Shown here in pieces: positions 49,931 through 59,072 of a stretch of 64,000 nucleotides of DNA; position 1 is the stretch's first letter; each line of letters starts with the position of its first letter. The notes under the pieces were generated by a model. That model was not told the origin of the DNA, did no database searches, and saw only the letters and a list, made by a program, of their open reading frames with translations. The DNA lies in assembly GCA_965219455.1 (NCBI GenBank), contig OZ244744.1, positions 2,496,001-2,560,000 of the forward strand, written 5' to 3'. The position numbers were made by a program, and so were the translations under genes. The stretch is from Candidatus Latescibacterota bacterium (GTDB lineage: Bacteria > Latescibacterota > UBA2968 > GCA-2709665).

Positions 49931-50527
49931 ATGGCAGATGAGCCGCTCAAGGTAGCGGAAAACTTAAAAGCAGAGGCGAATGTCCTAATCTCCGATTACG
50001 GACTTGGTAGAGTCCTAAGCTCTTTCGGAGATGTCTGGTACCGGGGCAGCTACGAAATGAACACGATGGTATGGCCTGACTTGGACATCCACATGGTCAT
50101 GGTACCGGATCCCTGGTCGGTCGGGCGCTTCTTTGAGCTTGGAACGCAGCTCGTCTCACTAGGGAACGTCCTGACAATGAGCTTTCACGACTGTGCTCAC
50201 TTTCCCAGAGATGGACAGCCCGGCGGACTTCACTGGACTTGGAGGGCGGACAATCGAGACGGGGGGATTCCCTGGAAAGTCGATCTCTGGTCAACCAAGG
50301 CCGAGGTGCTGGGGCAGGACAGAGTACAGATGGAGACAGTAAGAGAGAGAATGACCGAGAAAGACAGAAGGAAGATCATTGAGATCAAGCATTCCCTCCT
50401 AACAACGGAGGGAAGGACGCCCGACTCAAGCGGCAGACATGTCTACAACGCGGTCATCTTCGAGGGCCTTGAAACTCGAGATGAGATTGTTGAGTACCTG
50501 CGGGAACAGGGAATAAAGAACGTCTGA
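49931..50527 (+). CDS. Nucleotidyltransferase-fold hypothetical protein (cassette gene)
   Basis: GSY...DLDI and WKVDLW acidic triad pattern. Confidence 0.65.
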   Translation: MADEPLKVAENLKAEANVLISDYGLGRVLSSFGDVWYRGSYEMNTMVWPDLDIHMVMVPDPWSVGRFFELGTQLVSLGNVLTMSFHDCAHFPRDGQPGGLHWTWRADNRDGGIPWKVDLWSTKAEVLGQDRVQMETVRERMTEKDRRKIIEIKHSLLTTEGRTPDSSGRHVYNAVIFEGLETRDEIVEYLREQGIKNV

Positions 50528-50591
50528 ATGCCGACCAGATTGACGAGCTTCTGGCTATCGACGACGTGTCGCGTCCACCGGGCCACGGCAA

Positions 50592-50677
50592 CGTGTAACA
50601 CGACCGTGTTCGGCCCAGACCATTCGCCCCTTCGCGCAATTGCCTTTGCCAGTTCGCGCACGGAGGGAACGTTTGCA
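50592..50677 (+). other. attC-like site (partly degenerate)
   Basis: CGTGTAAC-N5-CGTG..CG...CG..CACG-N8-GTTTGCA; CGTGTAAC is the exact reverse complement of GTTACACG at 49867. Confidence 0.55.
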
Positions 50678-50716
50678 GCACGGCAGCCGAGGGATGATGA
50701 GCGAATCGGAGAGTTG

Positions 50717-51634
50717 ATGCACTCCGGAATGAGCGGAGATCTACGGCATTTTGTCGTGGTTCCTGCCGAAGGCAAAAGAAAAGTGATACGGGTACAGCCT
50801 ACCAAAACGCGATTCGTTGATATTCATCACCTGGACTGGGACCTGAAGTGGTCCATCCAGTTTCCAGAAGTCATCACGTCGATGAATGGTGTGACGATGA
50901 TGTGGCAGAAGATCTGCCCTCAATGGACAAAGACAAGAGACAATGCATGGGCTTACGAATGGCAAACAACGCCTGAGTACATCAAAGAGCAGTTGGCATA
51001 CCGTCAAACCGATCCCTCAGGGAAGGTCATTCGACACAACTTCATAACAGGTCTTTTTCTCAGAGCAGCGTTGTCCGGACTCGAGGACAGAGTAGAATTG
51101 ACGTTGACCCTCACGAATCAGTCATCCGCGATATTTTATGACGTCGTTTCTGATGGTGGATGTCTCCAGACAAAGTCATCTGATTTCCTGGATCAAAATG
51201 AAGTCAAACGATCCTACATCCTGGTGAAAGGTAAGCCGGAGAGCATGGGCGATCTTCACAGAACTATGGAAATTCGGACCGTGTATCATGCAGACCTTAT
51301 GGACTACGAAAAAGAATGGGTCAATAGGTCAGCATGGTTCTGGGGAAGAAGCAATACGGCCATAGACCGGCCGGCCATCCTGGGTGCCGTTTCTCATGAT
51401 AGGTCTAAGGCAATAGCGCTCGGATATGAGTGTGCAACTTCGGCTTTTCAGAACGCTGACGGGCATCATTGTCTGCATAGCAGACCTCTTTTCGGTGATA
51501 TTGCACCGGGGCAGTCAGTAACTCGGAAAGGCTACATCCTGTTCGGCAGCGAGTTCCCTGCGCTGGCAAAGCGACTTGGCAAACAACTCAACAGACTGGA
51601 CACGTCTAACCTGAATCATTCAAAAAAAAGGTAA
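50717..51634 (+). CDS. Hypothetical protein; start uncertain
   Basis: Long ORF directly after the attC-like site; GGAGAG upstream. Confidence 0.6.
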   Translation: MHSGMSGDLRHFVVVPAEGKRKVIRVQPTKTRFVDIHHLDWDLKWSIQFPEVITSMNGVTMMWQKICPQWTKTRDNAWAYEWQTTPEYIKEQLAYRQTDPSGKVIRHNFITGLFLRAALSGLEDRVELTLTLTNQSSAIFYDVVSDGGCLQTKSSDFLDQNEVKRSYILVKGKPESMGDLHRTMEIRTVYHADLMDYEKEWVNRSAWFWGRSNTAIDRPAILGAVSHDRSKAIALGYECATSAFQNADGHHCLHSRPLFGDIAPGQSVTRKGYILFGSEFPALAKRLGKQLNRLDTSNLNHSKKR

Positions 51635-51637
51635 TTT

Positions 51638-51800
51638 CCTAACCCAAGTCATTGTATTATGGTTGCGCAAATAACCTATAACAATGAACTTGGAGGAAAC
51701 TACCGTGGGTGCTCAAAATAATCATCACAGCATCCTTTTCACAAGTCTTTTTGGCAAAGAGCTGGAAGGCGCCTTCGATGGGAACCGACATGGGGCGACG
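51638..51800 (+). mobile_element. Possible IS-end remnant with a transposase N-terminal fragment
   Basis: Imperfect IR hairpin at 51644-51693, GGAGG RBS, GTG then ILFTSLFGKELEGAFDG resembling IS1380 transposase starts. Confidence 0.3.
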
Positions 51801-52125
51801 TTTCAAAGCTCGTTCCCTTCATCAAAGAACTAGCACCACAGAACTCGTTGATTGAGCTACGCGCATTTTTGGGCGGAAACTCCACGGCACACTTCAATGG
51901 CCGTCGACAGGCTCAGGGTTCAGGCTCCGCGGTCTACACTATAGGCGCCGACCTGTATGCGCGCCTCGATGCGCGTGAAATCGCCAATGCTCTTGCCACC
52001 GCTTTCTTTTGTGGGTATAATTCCAGGTGCCAACGGCACTTCAAGTTTCAGTAAGGCGAGTCGTGTTTGGCTGTGGAATAGCGAACCGCTGAGACTGGTA
52101 TTCGTGGCGAGGAAGCTGCCACCAG

Positions 52126-52397
52126 ATGGAATTTGAATGGGACCCGGAAAAAGCAAAAGCCAACGAGTTCAAACATGATCTCAGTTTTCCAGAAGGGGCC
52201 AGTGTCTTCGGCGACCCTCTGGCGATAACTTTCCCCGACCCGGATCACTCAGTGGATGAAGGGCGATACGTAACTTTGGTCTCTCGAGACCGGGTCGATA
52301 CGTAGTTATCTCGCATACACAACGGGCTGGAAAGACGAGAATAATAAGTGCGCGTCTAATGACGCGTCGGGAAAGGAGAATCTATGAAGAGGGCTGA
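52126..52397 (+). pseudogene. brnT: BrnT toxin with a 1-nt deletion frameshift near 52275
   Basis: MEFEWDPEKAKANEFKHDLSF...DPDHSVDEGRY, then in a shifted frame GLS..VVISHT..RIISARLMTRRERRIYEEG*. Confidence 0.85.
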
Positions 52398-52611
52398 ACC
52401 GGACGAACTGCGACCGGAATATCGCCGTGGAGATCTCGGTCCTGGCGTCCGGGGCAAGTATTTTGAGTCTTTTCGATCCGGGACAAATCTCGTCTTACTC
52501 GAGCCGGACATTGCCAGGGCATTTCCTACCGAGGAGGCCGTAAATAACGCACTTCGGTCATTTTTGGAAGGGGCCAGGGGACCGGCAGACTCGAGGAAGA
52601 GCACCAGTTGA
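52384..52611 (+). CDS. brnA: BrnA-like antitoxin
   Basis: DELRPEY..GVRGKY...VLLEPDIARAFPTEEAVNNALR; overlaps brnT. Confidence 0.8.
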   Translation: MKRAEPDELRPEYRRGDLGPGVRGKYFESFRSGTNLVLLEPDIARAFPTEEAVNNALRSFLEGARGPADSRKSTS

Positions 52612-52801
52612 AAAGCGAAATACAATTGTTCTTGTTGTTATCGCAGTAACGGTTGGAATTACTCACGGCAAAAAAGCGGCCAAACTTGCATAAAGGATGC
52701 GCCTCTCAACTGGGTTTGGGTTATTTCCGACCACTGCCTTCCTTTGTCGGTATAATTCCATGTGCCAACGGTTCTACTAACTCGGTGAGAAAGGAGGTGC
52801 C

Positions 52802-53017
52802 ATGTCAAGAAAGTCACAGGCGACTAAGGGTTCGAGAGTTCATGTCATCTCAAGAAAAGATCGTTGGGCAGTCAAGAAGGAAGGAAATTCCAGAGCGTCA
52901 AAAATCTACGGCACCAAATCTGCTGCCGAAAAAGGTGCTAGCGAAATATCGAAAGGCAGTGATGTTGTCATCCATAGACGAGATGGATCGGTACAAAAAT
53001 GGATAAGGGCTAAGTGA
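52802..53017 (+). CDS. DUF2188-like small protein
   Basis: VHVI...WAVKKEG..RAS....TK..A......VVIHRRDG; AAGGAGG RBS. Confidence 0.82.
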   Translation: MSRKSQATKGSRVHVISRKDRWAVKKEGNSRASKIYGTKSAAEKGASEISKGSDVVIHRRDGSVQKWIRAK

Positions 53018-53631
53018 ACAGCCGGGGGGATTTCCATTCCAAAATCTTCATCAACTGTCCCTTTGATGACGATTACACTCGCCTACTGAGACCTCTCCTG
53101 TTCAGTGCTGTTCGTACAGGCCTGACGGTGAGAATTGCATCGGAGATTTTTGACTCCGGAGTTGCGAGGATCCATCGAATATGTGATTTGGTACGTGAAT
53201 CCAAATACAGTGTGCATGATCTGTCAAGGATGCGAGCGTCATTCGAGGGCGAAATCCACAGGATGAATATGCCCTTCGAACTGGGTCTCGACATCGGTTG
53301 CCGGGTCTTCTCTCGCGGCTTAATGAGTCAAAAGCGATGTTTGATTTTGGAGACTGAACAGTACGAGTACCAAAAGGCATTATCTGATCTCTCGAACTCC
53401 GACATTAAACGCCACCGTGATGAGCCTGAAGAACTGATCCGTCAAGTACGTAACTGGTTTGTTGAGGTCGGCATCAATGGGGTTCCGAGCGGTACCATGA
53501 TCTGGGAACAATTCAACGAGTTTATGGCCAACTTCTATCACGAGAGGGAGGCCGAGGGCTTCAGGGGCAAAGATCTGGATATGATGCCTGTTCCTGAGTA
53601 TCTCGGGTTCATCGAAGCCTGGGTCGGTTGA
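53014..53631 (+). CDS. Hypothetical protein with NDT/TIR-like fold signature
   Basis: IFINCPFD, RI..I..L..SKYSVHDLS, NMPFELG, SDLS..DI..H; start overlaps the DUF2188 stop. Confidence 0.7.
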   Translation: MNSRGDFHSKIFINCPFDDDYTRLLRPLLFSAVRTGLTVRIASEIFDSGVARIHRICDLVRESKYSVHDLSRMRASFEGEIHRMNMPFELGLDIGCRVFSRGLMSQKRCLILETEQYEYQKALSDLSNSDIKRHRDEPEELIRQVRNWFVEVGINGVPSGTMIWEQFNEFMANFYHEREAEGFRGKDLDMMPVPEYLGFIEAWVG

Positions 53632-53647
53632 CTGAGAAACAAAGTTC

Positions 53648-53676
53648 TTGATGTTATGGAATCAGCCGCGTATATT
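53648..53676 (+). promoter_or_regulatory. Putative sigma70 promoter for the riboswitch/btu operon
   Basis: TTGATG-17 nt-TATATT. Confidence 0.4.
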
Positions 53677-53794
53677 TCCTATGTGTAGACTACTGGTCGC
53701 CAACATTGGGTCCGTTGACAATTCGTGATAACGGTCATTCGATGGAGGATTTTCCACATTTAGATAACACGACATTGCCATAGTAATTCCGGAT

Positions 53795-53940
53795 TCAGGT
53801 TACAAAACAGGGAAAACGGTGAAAATCCGTTGCGGTCCCGCCGCTGTAACTGGGGATGTTTCTCGCCGCGATGCCACTGGTTAAAACCGGGAAGGCGCGA
53901 GAACCAGGTGATCCAGGAGCCAGAAGACCTGCCTGAATCT
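53795..53940 (+). ncRNA. Cobalamin (AdoCbl) riboswitch
   Basis: AGGGAA..CGGTGAAAATCCG..GCGGTCCCGCCGCTGTAA...GCCACTGG..CCGGGAAGGC...AGCCAGAAGACCTGCC (B12 box); upstream of B12 uptake genes. Confidence 0.95.
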
Positions 53941-54022
53941 CAGAACTTATTGATTTCCTCGCGGATTTGGGAAAAGGTAAGACATCGCAGGCCACGCGGT
54001 TTCTATCGCGTAACGCGTCTAC

Positions 54023-54057
54023 CCCTGATTTCTGCAAGGAAGTCAGGGATTTTTTTT
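54023..54057 (+). terminator. Intrinsic terminator / riboswitch attenuator
   Basis: CCCTGATTTC-tgcaag-GAAGTCAGGG followed by A and eight T. Confidence 0.78.
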
Positions 54058-54061
54058 GCAA

Positions 54062-54268
54062 AGCAGTCAGCTATAAGCGCTCAGCGTGAAACAAGACGTT
54101 TACAGCAGTGTATGCGCCTTGTTTGCATCTGTAGGGGCAACCCTTGTGGTTGCCCACGTCACGGCGCGCATATCACTGATTGACATCGCGGGTCCGTATC
54201 GCGAACCGGTTCTAGCTGAATGCTGAGAGCTGACAACTGATAGCTGTTGTTGCTGATCGCTGAAAGCC
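54062..54268. repeat. Repeat cluster in the btu leader: inverted GCTGANN tracts flanking a GTAG REP
   Basis: cagtcagc tract 54062-54085, REP 54131-54155, gctga tract 54214-54268. Confidence 0.65.
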
Positions 54269-54281
54269 GGAGGTTTTCGCC

Positions 54282-55406
54282 GTGGTGAATCTGAGAAGAT
54301 GGATACAAACGCTGTGTTACATCGGTATCTGTGCTGCGGCGATGCCTGTCTCCGCTGAGATGTCTTTGCAATATGCGCAGGGATTTGGCGTTGAATACTT
54401 CGATGGGTACAAGATCGTGTCCGTCCTGGCGCCGGGATCCGGAACGCGGCAAACGCTTCGGTACGTCCTGGTACAGCACGGCCGGAAATCGCCCGATGGC
54501 TTTGAAGGGGTTCCGAGGATACGGATTCCCGTACGCTCTCTGATAACCACGTCCACGACGCACCTGCCGCATATCGAAAAGCTGGATGAGGTTCAAAGCC
54601 TCGTTGCGGTCGACAACATCAAATTCGTCAATTCCGCAGCCGTCAAACGGCGTTTTGCAGCGGGCAGGATATCGGAAATCGGCAGGGGCAGATCCATCGA
54701 TATGGAGCGGGTTCTCATGCTCCGGCCCGATATCGTCTTCATCGACGCGCCGTCGCAGGACAATGCGTTTCACCCTCTGCAGCAGGCCGGGGTGACCGCC
54801 GTTGTGAATGCCGCCTATGCCGAACCGACGCTGCTCGGACGCGTGGAATGGCTCAAATTCGTAGGCGTTTTTTTCAATAAGGAAACATTGGCCGCCGCGC
54901 AATTCGACAGTGTTGTAGCCCGGTATCGGGTTCGCAAGGCGTTGACGCGGAATCTGCCGGTAGACAAAAAACCCACCGTCTTTGTCGGGTCCCTCTGGCG
55001 CGGGACCTGGTTCATGTCGGGCGGAAAAACGTATGCCGCGCAATTGCTCGAGGAGGCGGGCGCGGATTACCTGTGGGCGGACAATGAATCGCAACGGAGT
55101 TTGTCGCTGGATTTCGAAACGGTCTACGAAGAGGCGCACGATGCCGAATACTGGATAACGATGAGGAATGAGTGGGGTTCTCGCAACGACGTCGTGGCCG
55201 AGGATGAACGTTACGGGAACTTCAGGGCGATCAAAACGGGGAATGTCTTCAATGCCAATGCGCGCCTTAATGAGCACGGCGGTAACGACTATTGGGAAAC
55301 GGGCCTGATCGAACCGGACGTTCTGCTGGCTGATCTCATCAAGATCCTGCACCCGGACCTGCTCCCTGATCACCAACTCAAGTACTATCGAAAGCTGGAT
55401 CATTAA
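54282..55406 (+). CDS. btuF: Cobalamin/iron ABC substrate-binding protein
   Basis: YAQGFGVEY, IPVRSLITTSTTH, EPTLLGRVEWLKF, NDYWETG..PD.LLADL; first gene after the B12 riboswitch. Confidence 0.82.
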   Translation: MVNLRRWIQTLCYIGICAAAMPVSAEMSLQYAQGFGVEYFDGYKIVSVLAPGSGTRQTLRYVLVQHGRKSPDGFEGVPRIRIPVRSLITTSTTHLPHIEKLDEVQSLVAVDNIKFVNSAAVKRRFAAGRISEIGRGRSIDMERVLMLRPDIVFIDAPSQDNAFHPLQQAGVTAVVNAAYAEPTLLGRVEWLKFVGVFFNKETLAAAQFDSVVARYRVRKALTRNLPVDKKPTVFVGSLWRGTWFMSGGKTYAAQLLEEAGADYLWADNESQRSLSLDFETVYEEAHDAEYWITMRNEWGSRNDVVAEDERYGNFRAIKTGNVFNANARLNEHGGNDYWETGLIEPDVLLADLIKILHPDLLPDHQLKYYRKLDH

Positions 55407-55409
55407 CCC

Positions 55410-57605
55410 ATGCTAATAATACGACTCGTGATCTTCCTGATTCTCTGCGCAAGTACGCCGCTTCAGGCGGCGGAGATTGCCGGCCGCGTCATCGATGCGG
55501 AGACGCGAGCGTCCATCGCCAACGCGAGTGTTCGCGTTCTCAACGCCGATCTTGCGACAAAGACGGATGCCCGCGGTCATTTCGCTTTTTCTGATCTGAC
55601 GGCCGGCGCCTACACGCTCGCCATAACGCATATCGCCTACCAGGCCGGGCAACGCACGGTCCGCGTGAAAGGAAAGACCGAGGTTTCTGTCCGGCTGTCT
55701 CCCAGGACGTTTCCCCTCGATGAATTTTCGGTCATTGCCGATCCGATAGGAGCCAGCGACATTCACAGGAATCCGGCTTACGCCACCGTTATTGCGCGCG
55801 AAAGTTTCGAGGGAAGAGAAACGACCCTGCCCGATGTATTGGCCGAAACCACGGGTGTACACGTTAAGCGCCTGGGTGGGCTGGGCGCGTTCAGCACGCT
55901 CTCACTACGGGGTTCATCCGCCGATCAGGTTGAGGTCTATCTCGACGGTATTCTGTTGAACGCCGCCTTTGGCGGCGGCGTAGACCTCGGCAATTTGCCG
56001 CTGGCGCACGTCGAGCAGATCGAGGTGTATCGCGGCGCTGGCGCCGGTGGCAACGGCCTGGGCGGTACGGTGCACGTCCGCTCCCGCCCGTCGCAAAGAC
56101 GATGGCGACACGGCGTTCGAGGTTCGTGGGGGGCTTTCGATACACGGTTACTCAGTAGTGTGCTTGCGGGTGCGCTCGGGCAGTCGGAGTTTCTCGTTGT
56201 GGCCGACTACGCGCAAAGCGATAACGATTTCGGATTTCCGGACGACAACGGGACTGAATACAATGCCGATGACGACGTCTGGAGCAGACGCCGAAACAAC
56301 GACCACCGATCCCTCAACCTGTTGGGCAAATGGCGCCGCGCTCTGGGGAGGAACAGTAATGTGTCCATCCACGAGACGGCGTACTGGAAGCGCCAGGGCA
56401 TGCCCGGCATCAGCAACAATCAGTCGCGGAACGCGCAACTGGATGCCTTCCGGACCATGACCGAGGTAACATACGAAAATCGGGCGCTATCGAACGGCCT
56501 GGGTACGCGTCAATCGCTCTTTGTCACCCATACCAATGAACGCTTCCGCGATCCGGATGGCGAAGTGGGAATCGGTCGCCAGGATAACGACTATCGCACG
56601 CGCACTTATGGGTGGCGGAGCCGTTTGCAGACGGTTCTGTTTTCGCGCTGCGATATCGCGGCCGTGATTGGCTTGCGCCGGGAGGCCTATGTGCCCACAA
56701 CGCGGATCCGAACCATCGCCAATTTATTCGACAGCCGGCGATGGATCTTTTCCGCTCGCGCGGGCGTCGATGTTTCCTTGCCGGGACAAATCGGCGTGTG
56801 GTCGTTGAGCGCCGAACAACGCCGGATACACAGTACTTTTACCGGCGCCAATCCCTTTGACTTTTCGCCGCTTGCGCCCGATTCCGCAAATACGCGCAAT
56901 CTCACCACCGTGCGCTCGGGTGTGCGGCTGGATCTGGCATCGCACGTAACGTTCAAGGCCAATGCGGGGCGCGTGTTCCGGGTGCCCTCTTTCTTCGAGC
57001 TTTTCGGCGACCGCGGCGGTGTGGTGGGCAACGTCAATCTCAGGCCCGAATACGGTTTTGCGTGGGATGTGGGCCTGCGCTATTCGGATGGAACAACCGC
57101 GTTGGAACTGGCGTTTTTCGATCACCGCTATGTAGACCTGATCCAGTTTGTCCACACGTCGCAAGCCACGTCGCGCCCCGTCAACATTGGCAGTGCGCGG
57201 GTGTACGGACTCGAAATAACCGCGCGAAAGCGCTTCGGTCCCCGCTTCAACCTGTCCGGGAATTACACGTATCAAAATGCCAGAGACCGATCGGACATTC
57301 CCTATCTGAATGGCAACGATCTGCCCAATCGTCCGCCCCACGCGCTTTTTGCCCGGGCGACGGCGCGGCTGGGACACTGTACGGTGACCTACGACTTCAG
57401 CCTGGAGGACGGGAGCTATCTCGACCAGGCGAATCGACGGCCGCTGTCGGTGCGCCACATTCACAACGCGGGCGTGAAAGTGGATACCGGGCGACGGTTT
57501 AAAATCGGATTTGAGGCAAAAAATATATTCGGGGCGCAAATCGCCGATACCTGGGGTTACCCGCTGCCCGGGCGCGCGTTTTTTGTGAGTGTGAGCACGG
57601 AATGA
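55410..57605 (+). CDS. btuB: TonB-dependent receptor, probably for cobalamin
   Basis: CarboxypepD-like N-domain, plug SLRGSSADQVEVYLDG, VEQIEVYRG, R.PSF.EL, NLRPE, YPLPGRAF. Confidence 0.85.
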   Translation: MLIIRLVIFLILCASTPLQAAEIAGRVIDAETRASIANASVRVLNADLATKTDARGHFAFSDLTAGAYTLAITHIAYQAGQRTVRVKGKTEVSVRLSPRTFPLDEFSVIADPIGASDIHRNPAYATVIARESFEGRETTLPDVLAETTGVHVKRLGGLGAFSTLSLRGSSADQVEVYLDGILLNAAFGGGVDLGNLPLAHVEQIEVYRGAGAGGNGLGGTVHVRSRPSQRRWRHGVRGSWGAFDTRLLSSVLAGALGQSEFLVVADYAQSDNDFGFPDDNGTEYNADDDVWSRRRNNDHRSLNLLGKWRRALGRNSNVSIHETAYWKRQGMPGISNNQSRNAQLDAFRTMTEVTYENRALSNGLGTRQSLFVTHTNERFRDPDGEVGIGRQDNDYRTRTYGWRSRLQTVLFSRCDIAAVIGLRREAYVPTTRIRTIANLFDSRRWIFSARAGVDVSLPGQIGVWSLSAEQRRIHSTFTGANPFDFSPLAPDSANTRNLTTVRSGVRLDLASHVTFKANAGRVFRVPSFFELFGDRGGVVGNVNLRPEYGFAWDVGLRYSDGTTALELAFFDHRYVDLIQFVHTSQATSRPVNIGSARVYGLEITARKRFGPRFNLSGNYTYQNARDRSDIPYLNGNDLPNRPPHALFARATARLGHCTVTYDFSLEDGSYLDQANRRPLSVRHIHNAGVKVDTGRRFKIGFEAKNIFGAQIADTWGYPLPGRAFFVSVSTE

Positions 57606-57732
57606 GCGATGGAAGGCAGGAGAAGGTAGGTCCGGGAGGCGAATCGCCCCTTTTTCAGCTGAAGCCGGTTTATCGGGCGAATACCACGAATCAAGTGGTC
57701 GTTTTTTACTTTTAACGGGGGGGCCGGATTTA

Positions 57733-58977
57733 ATGCGGTGGTTTCTGATGGTTCTGTTTCTTGCAACCGATGCATTGGCGAATCAGGCGGTACTTACGAC
57801 AACGGATTACAGCAGCGGTGGCCTTTCAAGCCTGGATCTTGGCACAAATACGGCAACCAACGATCACCTCACGATCCATTCGGATGCGGTTGTGCGCACG
57901 TATCGCGACAAGGTGTATATTCTCAATCGCCTGCCGCAGGATAATGTGATCGTGTTGGATCGTAGCGATCTAATGACGCCAATTACGCAGTATTCGACGG
58001 GGAATGGTTCGAACCCGCACGATATCGCCTTTGTCAGCGAGGCAAAGGCGTATATCTCACTGTTCGAGCGGTCACAACTGCTCATTGTCAATCCCGTCAC
58101 GGGCGACTCGCTCGGCTCGGTCGATCTATCCACATTCGCAGATGCCGATGGCCTGCCGGAAGTCTCTCAGCTGGCCTTATACGGGAGTCATTTATTCGCC
58201 GCGTGTCAACGGTTGGATAGGGAAAATGGATGGGCGCCGACCGAATTTTCTTCCATTGCCGTTGTTGACGTGACGACCGATCTATTGGTGGACGCGGATT
58301 CAGATACAGAGGGTGTACAGGGCATTGTGATGGGGGGCAAGAATCCCTACAGCGCCTTCCAGCGAGGAAGCAGGTGGGTTTTGAGTACTTATAATATGTA
58401 CACAGATTTAACTGACGGCGGAATTGAGGTGATCGATCTGGAAAATCTGGTGAGCGAAGGGATTAAAATTGATGAAGTAGCAGCAGGCGGCAACATATGG
58501 GCGCTGGCGATGGTTTCTGACGTCGAAGGGTATGTCGTGGTTACCGACGAGAATTTCGTCAATATCGTCAACCGGTTCAATCTGACGACTCGGTCCGTAT
58601 TAAAGAGACTGGACGGTCTTTCCGGTGGGGAAGTTCCAAGCCTGGGTATATTCGGCGAGCGACTATATTTATCGGACCGAGGCAGTTTCAGCGATCCGGC
58701 TTCCGCCGGCGTGAAGGTCTACGACGTAAATACGGAGGAACTTCTGGCCGGTCCGATCTCCACCGGTTTGCCGCCGTCAAGCATTGCGTTTGTAGGCAGC
58801 GCGGCGGATTTCAATGGCGATTGCGTGGTGGATTTCAGCGATTTCGTGGTATTTGCTTCCGGCTTTGGCAGGACAGCCGGCGACGGCGAGTTTGATGCCA
58901 GATTCGATTTGAACGGCAATGGAGAGGTTGATTTTCCCGATTTTCTGATCTTTGCTTCGGAATTCGGAGGTGGATGA
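57733..58977 (+). CDS. Secreted YncE/BtuG-like beta-propeller with a C-terminal dockerin/EF-hand pair
   Basis: SNPHDIAFVSEAKAYIS blade motifs; ADFNGDCVVDFSDF and FDLNGNGEVDFPDF Ca-binding loops. Confidence 0.78.
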   Translation: MRWFLMVLFLATDALANQAVLTTTDYSSGGLSSLDLGTNTATNDHLTIHSDAVVRTYRDKVYILNRLPQDNVIVLDRSDLMTPITQYSTGNGSNPHDIAFVSEAKAYISLFERSQLLIVNPVTGDSLGSVDLSTFADADGLPEVSQLALYGSHLFAACQRLDRENGWAPTEFSSIAVVDVTTDLLVDADSDTEGVQGIVMGGKNPYSAFQRGSRWVLSTYNMYTDLTDGGIEVIDLENLVSEGIKIDEVAAGGNIWALAMVSDVEGYVVVTDENFVNIVNRFNLTTRSVLKRLDGLSGGEVPSLGIFGERLYLSDRGSFSDPASAGVKVYDVNTEELLAGPISTGLPPSSIAFVGSAADFNGDCVVDFSDFVVFASGFGRTAGDGEFDARFDLNGNGEVDFPDFLIFASEFGGG

Positions 58978-59072
58978 GCACGCGCGAAGACTGGTTCCCG
59001 CAGGAACTCAATGCCGGAAAAGAATCCCGTTCGCGGCGCATAGAATTGATTGAACTTGCTTGTTCCTGGTCA

